Shown here one piece after another: positions 24,290 through 36,254 of a stretch of DNA of 64,000 nucleotides. Source of the stretch: Kudoa neothunni (lineage: Eukaryota; Animalia; Cnidaria); assembly GCA_964304625.1 (NCBI GenBank), contig OZ199839.1:6636034-6700033 (forward strand), read 5' to 3'. How positions within the stretch are numbered: position 1 is the first letter of the stretch; the number at the start of each line of letters is the position of its first letter. Made by a program: the position numbers and the translations under genes. The notes under the pieces are model-generated. The model searched no databases and had not been told where the DNA came from. It saw nothing but the letters and a program-made list of their open reading frames with translations.

Positions 24290-26210
24290 GATTACTTATA
24301 TTCGATATTTCATCGATTTTGGAGCGGTCGTGATTTCTTATTAATCCTTCTACCTCAATAAAAACATCAATGCATTTTTCATAAAATTCTCCGCTATATT
24401 CCATAGAAGTTGCTCCATGTTTGTTAGTATAAACAAATGAATTTTTTAGACGCTTCGAAAATGTTTCTAACTTTTTTGGAGGGGTTTCTTCAATAGTTAA
24501 GGCATTGATTTCGAGTTTAACAATGTTAGTGAATATTATTTCTTGAATAAATTCATTAGCATATGCTCTTGTTCATCTTTTGTCGCAAAGGGTTGATTCA
24601 AACGCAGGTTCGAAGTTCATTGCTCTCGTAAACAAAATGTGCCTGCATGGTGAATTATATGATCTTTTCAATAAACACGAACAGTAATTAATGCTAGATA
24701 TATTTCGTTCGCATTCTTCACTCATTATTGGTAATTATTTATTAATAATTTCAGAAGCAAAAGGACACAAAAGCACAAAGTATGACTTTTGAGTTGAATT
24801 CGGCTCATATGTATGATTACTTCTCATTAGTTCTGAAACGGTTTTATTGTATCTTTCAATTCTCATCGAATAAATACAATCAAAAAATCTTTTAAAGAAG
24901 TCACTTAAAGTTGAAAATTTTTTTATTAAGTTTTTTAAATAATCATTCAAAGCTTCTAGATGATTATTTGCAGTGATGCCGAATATATATTAATGGTATT
25001 ACTAATGGATATAATCCATTCATCACAAATTGGCAACCAGTTGGTTTTAAAATATGCCGATAATGCAGCATTATTAAAATTAAAAAGCTCACAATACAAT
25101 TGGTCAAAGTAGACTTTATCAGGGAAATAAATCATATTTGTTTATAATTTGATAATTTTATTTCTAGTATCCGTCGTTATTTTATACTTTTTTGTGGTAA
25201 GTTCCCTTTGAAATATTTGTATTACATGAAACTTACAGATAAAGAGATGAGCCTTTGGGAGAACATTTTTCAATCACCTACTTACTTCATGATCTTGATC
25301 AGTAACAACGGTACATAGTTTTTCATTTAAAATAAGACAGGATTCTAAAATTTGTTTCCTGTACCATTCGATGGCTTCCTCATAAAATATGCATGCAGAA
25401 ATAATGTGAGCTTGCCCCATAGAATCGATAGCAGCAGTTAGGTACAACGGTGCATTAATAAAAATAAAAATGGTGGAGTTTCTTCAAATTCCATACATGT
25501 ACAATTACCGTGAGTCCAAAAGTTTATATGTTGCATCCATTAACGTATATGCTGGATAGAATCGAAGAGTTCGTTACATTAGTTGATCAATAAAGAATAT
25601 TCCAGTGACAACATTATTGTCGTTTTTTTTAATTTTAACATCACAATTAAAATTTTGAGTTAACATGATGAATGCCGTGGATAATCTATATTTATTATCT
25701 TCCTTGTTTTCACATTGTGTGGTAACTCCGCGAGATATTTTTACCTGTTTCATTACTTAATTCTGTTTGAATAAGTTTTTTATTGGCTCCGTGTGATATT
25801 AATTCAGCAATATGTTCATCGTTTAGATCAATTTTTCGTTGATCGGGTAAGAACTTGTATATCGAAGGGTTACATGGATGATTATGTACTTCATTTAGCG
25901 ATTTAATTTCCAACAATTTTCCGTCATCGCTGACTCTAAATGTAATGCTAAAAAGACGATCACCTTTGTATGTCGACGATTTTCGTTCTCCTTTGGCTTT
26001 TTTTGTATAGGGGACCAAAAATGCACTCGAACTTTATTTCTTAATATATTAGAGCTTCATTAAAAACTTTCTGAATTTTATGTTGAACATTCTGTATTTT
26101 TCGTGATTCTCATTTTCAATTTACAGAAAAAATGATTTTCAAATCGATTAATAAGATCATTTAATGATTCGTAAGAGTCAACTTTCAATCCAAGTGCGAA
26201 TTCCATCTTA
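24290..26210 (-). mobile_element. SWIM-finger MULE-derived transposase (ZSWIM3-like), decayed
   Basis: Broken frames give LEIKSLNEVHNHP, LMDATYKL, VVTDQD, ICKFHV, NNHLEA and the SWIM finger CSC......PCRH. Confidence 0.75.
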
Positions 26211-28145
26211 CAAGTGACGATAACGAGCCAACAATTAAGGTTACCACGAATACAACACGTACCTCTTTTTATTGTGGATATTAAATTCAGATAACGTTTT
26301 ATGAGAAATTTAAATTTTTACGAATAATTATAATTTACTGAAGCTAAAAAATTATATATATATATATGTATATTTGTAGAATTAAAATATAGTAAAACGA
26401 AATTGTGCTCGCTGCCATTTATTGTAAATAACAAGTTTTTATATTTATTTAAGATATAAAATTAAATATTCCTTCGAAAATAATTACTTTAAAGGTTTAC
26501 TGAATTTACTACATACAATATTATAATTGTTTACATGAAAAACATTAATACTTAATATCTGTGTAGATACGCAAGACTAAAGATATGAATAGGATCCATA
26601 AATCAAATTTTTACTTAAATATATATAACAAATACAACTATTTCATTTCATATAAACACAGTTAAGGATTTTTTAACAGATTTTATTAACTGTACTAGAT
26701 CGGACATGATTTGTTTAATCAGAGTCGATAGGGTGGACATTTTTACATCAAAATAAAATGTCTGGTATTTGGTTATTTAGTTAACGAAACCTGTATTAGT
26801 AAAAAATTAAAATATATATTTTACATTACTTACAATAAACATAAAACATGAAATTTATAGTCATAACATTAGAAATTTCAATAACTTGAATTTTCTCCGA
26901 AATCATTAATTATAAATTTGAATTTCATATTTTTACTGGTTTCTAAGATTTGGAGTAATTCCCTCCCGTAGCAATAGACAATCCCCGCATGTGGATTATA
27001 CGGATCTGTAGCAATAGCCACTGCCATAAATAAAAGGTCGCTGAATTGATTAATGTAGTTTTAAAAAAGACATAATATTTATGTTATGCGCATGCATACT
27101 CAGCGAATCTCGTTTAACTGAAATTTCAGTATCCGAAAGGAAAACGCCACGTCCCCAGATTTCCGGATAAACCAGGTTCGACTGTACAATCTTTTTGTTT
27201 AAAAATATTATGTTTACCATTTATATTGTCTTCTTCTTCATCGCTATTCAGGTAGTATTCGTCTAAGTAATTTCCTAACTCAAGTGACGCAATACTTTCA
27301 TTATCCGATGAAAGAAAATCACTTGATGAAACAAAACTTGCCATTCTAGCTTTCGAACACCTCATGGGGATTAATCGACCTGTATAACCAGTATTACTTA
27401 ACTTAATATTAAGACCAAGAGGTATAAAAACGAATTAAAATATGAAATAATCTTTCGTCCTTAATTTTACAATGTGTTAGAAAATATTTTACTTATAATA
27501 TACGTAAAATTATAACAAAAATCGAGCTTTATTAAGACCTATAATTGTGATTTAATCGACCACTTGGATCGTGGATCCATTGGTTAGCCAAAGGGTTAAC
27601 AGCGAGGTTAAAATTTCATTAACTAACGTTACCGTTCGATAAACAGATGATACTGTTTTACAAATTGGTGTTAACGCTCAAAACCCCAATAATTCACATC
27701 ATAATGATGGCAACAATTTTCGTCCTAATAAAAAAATCTGGAATGATATTGTTGTAATAATTTAAAAAGGAATGCTGTATATTTATCAATACTTCGGATC
27801 AATATTGACAAACGAATTTTTAAATCATAAATTCGCCCAGTACCTATATGATTTTCTTCTCATCCATATACACTCAAGAAAAAATGGTCATTCTTTACAT
27901 AACGGGACGTTAGTCGGAAACTTTAGCCGCGCGATCAAAAAATGGAAGACTATAGGAGAAATTTTGATTTTGAAAATATTGATTCCATCAATATAATGAA
28001 ATATGTATTTTTTAGGATATATACTATCAAAACAATGCAGAAACTTGGTCTGATTTCATCAGAGAAAAAGTGAATTTGTGGGACGATGATGAATCTCATA
28101 TCAAATGAAAATTGCCGGGGTCTGCTTTTCTTCCAAAACTAGCCT

Positions 28146-28555
28146 GGACAATATGGCATAGTGGTGTTAGGTCGAGATCGAATACCATGAGGTCGCGAAT
28201 TCGCAGCCTAGTCCAAGCGATCCTGTACTCCTAATCCGAAATTGAGTAAAAAGGCTGTAGTAATCGCAAAGATCTACGATTTATCGTAGCCTCGTTTGCA
28301 GTTGGGAGGGGAGTCTGGCGGAAGTGTAGATATCGAGCGCTCATAAACGCCGGGATACAATAGCGAAATACAACCCAGTGTGGGTTTCCTTAGAGCCAAC
28401 GCCCGCATTCATACGACTTTTCCAGATTAATTCTGGGTTAGTCCAGAGTATGGTTGGAGTGGTGGTTGCTCCGAAACAAGGATGTTTAGTGGGTTAAAAT
28501 TCCACGCTACCGCACTAACGTAAGTCGCCATAATATGAAAATGTGGTGCCTAAAA
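28146..28555 (+). mobile_element. tRNA-derived SINE, copy A
   Basis: Head GGACAATATGGCATAGTGG (A box) ... GCGAATTCGCAGCC (degenerate B box) TAGTCC. About 410 nt is similar to the inverted copy at 32953-33444. Confidence 0.75.
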
Positions 28556-28599
28556 GAAAATATAATGTTGGTATACTATTAAAACTCCAGTATTATTGG

Positions 28600-28990
28600 T
28601 TTATTGGATTGTTGGTGGTATTGATGAGGATGGTGAATGTTTTTTTGAACTGACGATGAGAAGAAGTAACGTGCTTAAAAAAATTATTCTTGATAATGTT
28701 GAAGAGAATTCTGTTATCTGGACAAATCCATGGGGGACTACAATCGTCTGAACGATTTAGGATTTTTTCGCGATACACTCTGTCTAAAATATTCGTTTGT
28801 TATTGATACTGATGTATATAAAAATAAAATCGAAGCTACGTGGGGAGTATTCAAACGAAAGTAACGGAACATTATTAATAAAAATGAAGAGTCAGTATAT
28901 GCTTTTATTTCGGATTATTTATTCCGTAAAAAATATAGAGGAATCGAATATAGTACCTTCTTTAAAGAAATAATGAATAATTATTTAATA
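28600..28990 (+). mobile_element. Merlin/ISXO2 transposase C-terminal remnant
   Basis: IEATWGVFKRK...ISDYLFRKKY, homologous to 47608-47967. Confidence 0.7.
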
Positions 28991-29359
28991 TAATTTATTT
29001 TTCTGGTTTTTCGCAAATTTTCCCAAAAGTTCACGACCGTCGTCCCGTTTTATAGAGAATAAACCGTTTTTCTATACACATGTTTAAGTGACTAATAGCG
29101 ATAAATCTTTCTGTTTATTTAGAGAGTTTTTTTACATTTCTTTCTTAATGGTTCACATACAATAAAAATTTCAAATAAATTTTTTTAATAGCTTCATTAG
29201 GTGTTCTCTATATATTCAATATCTAGATAAATCAACTGAAATTAAATAATCAAATGTATTTTTTATTTCGTTTAAAACTATACCATTAATCAGAACTTTA
29301 TTAAGGTCCATCGTAGGCCACAAAAAAGCTCAGTGAGGGCCGGAGTTTGTGCACCCCTG

Positions 29360-30839
29360 GCCTACTACAATTATCACGCATCGACGACGATTACTACCAC
29401 TGGGGTTCCCACGGTTGGTACGAAACGTACCAAAATGGTACTGTTACGCCCGTAATGAAGGTTTTTGTACGATTTCGCAGCGAGTTGATACGTTTTTTTA
29501 GGTCAATGAGTTCCGAGATAGAATTATTATAAGTGCGTGCCATATAATGATATAATGAGTTAGAAGACTTGGGGAAAAGTATACACTCATATCCCTCAAA
29601 TAGTTTAAAACTTCAAAATGAATATAACGAATTAGAACAATTATTCGGCGTCGCGCATCAGATGATATTGTATCTTTGCCGCACAATATGGCTGTCTCTT
29701 GAGCAAGTTATTAAGAAAATATTGGAAGAATTGACAGTTCTCAATAAGTTTCTCATATTTGGACCATAAGTTAACAGGGTAAACCCATAAATAAAACGTA
29801 TTATGCTTTTTTTAACTTTTTCTTCTCGAGTCAATAAACTCAACGTTGAATTACAATATGAGAGTTTAGAGTTCATAAACTAAAGAATTCTCTTGAAAAT
29901 ATTATTAATGTGAAACTTAATTATTTTTCGAGAAGAAATCTGATCAAAAGTTAACACCTTCTGAAACTTGAATTTTGAATACCCCTTAATTATATTCTTC
30001 CGGATAAGTTTTGTTATGGGTCTATAGGAGAATCAATTTAGATTGAAAATACTACTGGAATAAGTACTTAGGATCTTGTTTACTTTCTTACCAAAACTCT
30101 GGATTTCCATTTATTACTGACGGAACAGATATTTCAAAGGTTTTTAAACATCGTTAAATTTATTCATTTACAAATATTTCAAGCAATGCATCCTGAAAAT
30201 GCTAATGAAGGAAAACCCCATTCCATTATACCTCGCTTAAAGAGATCTCCAAGTATTATCGCTGAAGATGAGTATTTAAATTTGGATGATGAACAGATAG
30301 AACTCAGCATGTAAAATCATGGTCATTTCACTGAAAAAGACCCCAAGAAATATTGGTATGCCGTCACAAGTGAAAGAAGAGGAGAAACATTTATGTATCA
30401 ATCACTATCAAAATTAGTGCTGTCTACTTGCTTTGCCCCGTACGCCTGGGTCTGCAGATATATTATTTTTTATTAATGAATAAAAACAAAGTTAGAAACA
30501 GATTTATATTAGAAGATGAAACAATATATGCTCTGCTATATTCTGAATGTTTACTGAGAGACTCCAGTCGCATGAGGTGGAATCCATCTGACCAATTAAT
30601 TAAAATGTTGGAAAAAATAAACGTATATGATGAGGGGGATAATGATAATTAACTAACATTTTGATACATAAATAGGCCCTATTAACTATTTTTTCTGTTT
30701 TAATTAGTTTAATATAGCTATGATTATATTTTTGTGTTTTACTTTTAAAATATGGTACCTTTTTAAAATTTTTGGTACTATTTGGTATGTTTATATTACA
30801 TTAATTGGTATGATTTACAAAAATCGTCTGGCAACCCTG
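29360..30839 (+). mobile_element. hAT transposon remnant
   Basis: C-terminal dimerisation-like fragments (...NKVRNRF) and right terminus ...CTGGCAACCCTG with subterminal TTTGGTA repeats. Confidence 0.6.
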
Positions 30840-31306
30840 TCTACTACTACTACTACTACTTTCACTAATACTATTCCCAGTACGGATTATAATTACTTAC
30901 AGTAATGTTATTCTATGGTATACTGTATAATTCCATCTTTAACGCAGCTATAACATTCCTGGAATGATTTTATTTTTTATAATGATAAATATGAATATTG
31001 TACGAAGCGTGATCGGTTTCTCATTATACAAAGTAGTCCAAGATAAAAAAACCTATAAAGAATATTAGTTTTATCAAAGAGCATGTTTTTATATAATATT
31101 TATGTATCAACACGAGTATGATTAAACCTATATTTAATAATCAATGTTAATAAAAATTCAGTTTTCGGAATAAATAACCAGTCATATATTGATATTAATC
31201 AATGACATTAATAAATTATGAATCAATTAAGTATTAAATATGCATTGATGAAGAGATCATGTACCGAATAGGGAGTATAAACGACTATTATACATAAGTA
31301 GGCATT

Positions 31307-32683
31307 ATGCTGTGGTTTTCATTATTTACTATTTTCCTCACTAATGTTACAGCGGGTGATTGATTTAATTCTTTATTTATATTGTTTTATTTTTAAAAAG
31401 AGAGAGCTTTACCTTCTTATGAAAAGGATGTTGGCCAGGCCCCAGCTTGGTTGACGACTGATGCTTTGAAAGCACAGGCTGCTGTAGAAAGATGGTATAT
31501 TGACAAAGATGACGCGACTTGCAAACCCTTTACTTATCTTGGGTCTCTTGGAAATTTCAACAACTTTGTTTCAAGATCTGCTTGCAACGAGCATCGTATA
31601 TCGCGTTAAATTTATTTAAACATTTAATCCTGAAATAGTAAAATTCAAACCTGAAGAACAAGCGGATGCATGTGCATTGCCACAAAGAGATGGGGATTGT
31701 GGCTTAATTGGCGATAAAAGAATAACAAGATGGTACTTCAGCAAGGATGCTGTTAACGGTGTGTCAGGCGCTTGCCACAGCTTTAAATATAATGGATGCG
31801 GTGGAAACGCAAACAACTTTGAATCAGAAAAGGAATGTAAACAAGCTTGCCAAAGTAATTCGCATTAATGCATTCCTTCTTGATTTAATATTAATATAAT
31901 ATTTTTTCACTCATCTTTACAGACAACAAAAATGGTGGAATGGATTCTGGAGCTGCAGAAAATACTATGACCGCTACTCCAAATGAATTTGATTGTAAAT
32001 TTGTACCCGAAGTCAAATCCGCCACACCTGTAATGGGGATTGTTCCCCACAAAGATGGGGAAAAAATGCGTTTACGCTGCTGTTGGAAAAGATGCAACAA
32101 GAGGATTTTTCAAAGAGTTACCAAACTGTGTGAAAACTTGCATAAGTATAATTTTAAACATTATTCAATATCTTATTTATTTCAAACAGAAAAAAAAGTT
32201 CCAGCGTGCAAAGCTAACGGCCCACATCAAGTAGAAAGCGAAACTGATATCACACTAACATCTCAAGTAACTACGTACTACTATTTCAACAAAACCTCAG
32301 CATTATGCTTACCCTTCATGTCAAAAACAGTTGGAACTGATACTCCGAAAATTGACGATGGTGCATTAAACATATTTAGCTCTGTTGAGTTGTGTGCAAG
32401 TTCTGTCCCGCAAGTATGAACATAATTTCGAATAGAATGTAATCATATTAGTGTAGCTGGTCACATTGGTCAACTGACTGCAGTTGAAGCTTGTTTACTG
32501 CCAAAAGCTGGATTGTCAAGTACCACTGATAAATACAAAATTAGTAGGTACTACTACAATCCATCTGCATCCGGTACTAAATGCACAGCATTTAATTTTA
32601 ACGGAAGAGACATGAACCTAAATAATTTCAAAGATTCAACAGATTGCACAAATATTTGTGAAACTCCATTGAGTACATCATAG
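31307..32683 (+). CDS. Secreted five-Kunitz-like-domain protein, paralog 3 (+1 at ~32057-32060, -1 at ~32401)
   Basis: Same 6-exon structure. MLWFSLFTIFLTNVTA; domain 2 ACALPQRDGDCGLIGDKRITRWYF...GCGGNANNF; ends ICETPLSTS*. Indels are GGGG vs GGG and TT vs TTT compared with paralog 4. Confidence 0.8.
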
Positions 32684-32952
32684 TCGTGGAAACGTCTTCG
32701 ATAATATTTTATAGCCCATATTTTAAATTCTCTTACTGAGCTAGTTATTATTATACACTTTAACGAGATTGCGTGAATTTTTACCAACACTGTACTTAAG
32801 ATAACTATATTTATTCAATGTTTCTTTTATAAAAACTACATCCAAACATGATAAAAATATTCGAAACAATTTTGACTGTTGATAAAATGTAATATACTAT
32901 CGAACTCGATTATCCGGAAACTTTGGAACCAGCGATTTTCTTGCCGGATAGC

Positions 32953-33444
32953 TTTTTTTTGTTTAAAAGATCAAACCCCTGGCGCAACTTGTTAGGTTGT
33001 GAAGTTCGACTGGTTAGGCCTTCTCCATTTAGGCTTTGGGCACTGCAGCATCATATTAAGGCGACTTACATATATGCGGTAGTGTGGGATTTTAACCCAT
33101 CAAACATCCTCGTTTCGGAGCAAACCACCATCCCAACCATAACCTAGGACTAACCCAGAATTAGTCTGGAAAAATCGTCTGAATGCGGGCGTCGGCCCTA
33201 CGGAAACCCCCACTGGGCTGTATTTCGTTCTTGTACCCCGGCGTTTATGAGCTCCTGAGGTCTACACTTCCGCCAGGCACCCCTCCAGCTACAAGCAAGG
33301 CCACGATAAATCGTTGATCCTTACAACTACTGCAGCCTTCCTACTTAATTTTGGATTAAAAGTACAGGAACTCCCGGACTAGACATCGAACTCGCAACCT
33401 CATGGTATGCAATCTCGACCCAACACCATTATGTCATATTGTCC
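32953..33444 (-). mobile_element. tRNA-derived SINE, copy B (full length with A-rich tail), inserted in a pogo-type MITE end
   Basis: The reverse strand reads GGACAATATGACATAATGG...GAGTTCGATGTCTAGTCC and ends TTTTAAACAAAAAAAA. The flanks, TCGAACTCGATTATCCGGA and TTCCGGACAGCGAGGTTCG, are MITE TIR-like. Confidence 0.75.
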
Positions 33445-33492
33445 ATGCTTTCTTTCCGGACAGCGAGGTTCGGGTTGATCGAACATAAACAA

Positions 33493-33985
33493 GGCAATGG
33501 CTATTGCTACGAATCCGTATAATCCGCATGTGGGGGGGTGTCGATTGCTACGGGAGGGATTAACTCTTAATCTAAAAACCCGTTTAAAATTTGAGATTCA
33601 AATTTGTAATTAATAGTTTTTGGCCCAACATAATCAACAATTTTAAAGAAAAACACGGCTAAAGTTCCCAACATCCCCAATACTCGGGATTTTCGTTATC
33701 GAGGTCGTACGAGTTCCAGAAAACCACGACTGCTTCGCGCTGTTTATTCAGCTAATAATTTAGATGAACTAAACTTTGAAAAAATAACATATTTCAAAGA
33801 TAGGAAGGATGAACTGTTGAAATTTTTAATTGGAATTGGACTTTTGCCTAGGGTGAGTGTATGCATTTTTGGATGTAGAATGGTTATGGCGATTCGACCA
33901 CGATATCCAGATAGATATAGTTTCAAATGTCATAATCGTTGTTGCCTACATGAACTATCCACCAGATATAATAGTTTCTTTTACC
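33493..33985 (+). mobile_element. Merlin 5' end with zinc-ribbon remnant; inverted terminus copy at ~26905-27025
   Basis: Terminus GGCA.TGGCTATTGCTAC, followed by GLLPRVSVCIFGCRMVMAIRPRYPDRYSFKCHNRCCLHELSTRYNSFF. Confidence 0.65.
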
Positions 33986-33989
33986 ACTA

Positions 33990-35591
33990 AGGCGAAAGTT
34001 GAACGATAATGACTTATGCGCAGATTAAAATAGGGTTTTTATTAAGGAATACATTATTTTATATGAAGATAAACCGCATATTTTCAATAACAAAAATGAC
34101 TATTCTAACTTCCAAGAATAAGTTTTAGATATAGCCTCTAAATAGTGTAGTAGCCGTAATATTTTGTATAATTCTGGCATATCGTTTTGAATTTTTTCTA
34201 AATAAAGAATGTTTTTATTTGAAGATTCAGGGTTATATATCGGATATTCAATATCTTGTTCAACGTGACTTGGAGTTTATTTTAAGTTTCTCAGAAAAAT
34301 TGGCAGACCTCAGTGACTTTGATCGAATCGGGAATAAAAAGGACGATGGAAAAGTTCTGCAGAGATTATTGTAAGATCAATATTATTGGTGGTTCTCTCA
34401 AAATTGTTCCATGTGTCGTGTCTATATTTGGATGTTTTTATAAAAAAATTTTTCTAAATATTCTATAAATGAAGCAATGTTAATATCAGCGAACGAATTT
34501 GACGTATTTTTCAATTTAAGAAATTCATCAGAATACTGGAAATAGGTGTAAACGATAACGAAATAAAACACTTTATATACAACTTAAAATCACTGTTATG
34601 TAGATAAAATGCCGCGAGATCTAGATTTTGTATTTTTCGCCAAATACATTGGCTATAATGAAACATGCAAAAATTTATAATAATATTTTGTGAAACATTC
34701 TTGAAAGCGTTAAAAGCTGACAGTTCTAGATCAATTATTAAATCCTGGGAAACATACGGATAATTTATGGTGCAAAATATTGAAAAAATTTTCGTAAAAT
34801 GATTGAGTTTTCCAAGTCATTAAGACAAATACTGAAGGAAAGAATTTTCTCATTATTCCACCATGGATGATATACAACTGATAGAAAGATTCAGGAACAA
34901 CATTAAACTTACCATCTGTCAACCATACATTTGTATTATTCAGATGTTGAATATTCTTATCGGTCGTAAAAATTATGATTCTATCGTCTGCTAGAGATCC
35001 AGAATAATGAAAGCATAAAAGTTTCGTTTCTTAAGCTAAATAAGTTAGCATTTGCCAAATTGCTGTCGATATTGACATCTATTTTCTTTCTTCTACGAAT
35101 ATTCTGAATATTTTTGTAAATGTTTCTTTTATTAAATATCGATAACTTATTCAGACTAGTCTGAGTCGTACCGATGACATATACCTTACTTGTGGCGTAT
35201 CGTGTATTCTTGGAAACATTGCGAATTTTTTCTTCAAAAATAATTTTGTTTATGTCATCTTCTATAATGACTTGGTTATGGATTCCATGTTCTTCAAGTC
35301 TATCAATCTCGTCAGCCGGAAAAGTCCACACGCGTCCTTCACAACCTCTTTTTTCGCATCTCCATAATTGATGGTCTTTACATTTTTTATCCTGACATAA
35401 AAATATTGTCAGAAAAATATTTTATCGTCTCTGCGTCTTATTTTGAGCATGGTGAATGAGTTTTCATTTCGTTCCATTTTGAGGGTTAAGCAGGCGCAAT
35501 CACATGTGAGCTAAATGCGAATAAAATAATACTTATCGCGCCATCGCCGAAATCGGCAAATGTTCATTGTCGGCGAAAATTCGCCATATCC
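33990..35591 (-). mobile_element. MULE transposon, decayed
   Basis: TDGKFNVVPESFYQLYIIHG and W.CEKRGCEGR...HNQ; terminus GGATATGGCGAATTTTCGCCG. Confidence 0.85.
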
Positions 35592-36254
35592 AGCCTCGAT
35601 TTACGTGTGTTTATATTCTTTAGAATAGATTCTGACTATATTGGAGAAAGGAATTAAAAACAGACTTATAAAAAATCATATTATTATCAGGTGCGGGAAA
35701 ATCAGACGTTGGACTGGAGTCGGATTCCATATCGTATAATCAATATGACGATATTGTATTCGAATTCATTTCTAATGATGAGGAGGAAGGTGACTACCGT
35801 TTAAATTAGAAAGTGAACGCAAAAAATTTAGTAAACAATGATATTGAAACAACTGATATTTTTGAACCTTTCACTTATTTCAACCGATTCTTCAATGATA
35901 GAATATTTGAACAAATTTGCATTAAATGTAATGTCCATGTGTGACTCAATGAAAATAGAAACTGCTTTTTAGACTATCGAAATTGTAATGAATAATTTAA
36001 TATTTAATTTCTGATAGTGGAAGGGTAACTTTTTGGTTAAAAAAAAACATATAAACGAGCATATGTTCACTCCCGCACATTGAAATAATCGCCGTCCAAA
36101 TGTTACCATTTAACACCATGTGTTTCTTTTTAATTTTTGAAATGATTGTTTCAATTTTTGGATGTTTTATATAAAGTTATTTAAAATTAAACATAATGAG
36201 CAAAAAAAAATTTTCTGGCGCTGATTTAAATTCGGGGTTCAAAGAGTTAATCAA

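Noticed and set aside
28146-28217. Functional tRNA gene
   Set aside because: The cloverleaf is imperfect and homology between the two copies extends about 340 nt beyond the head, so it is a SINE.
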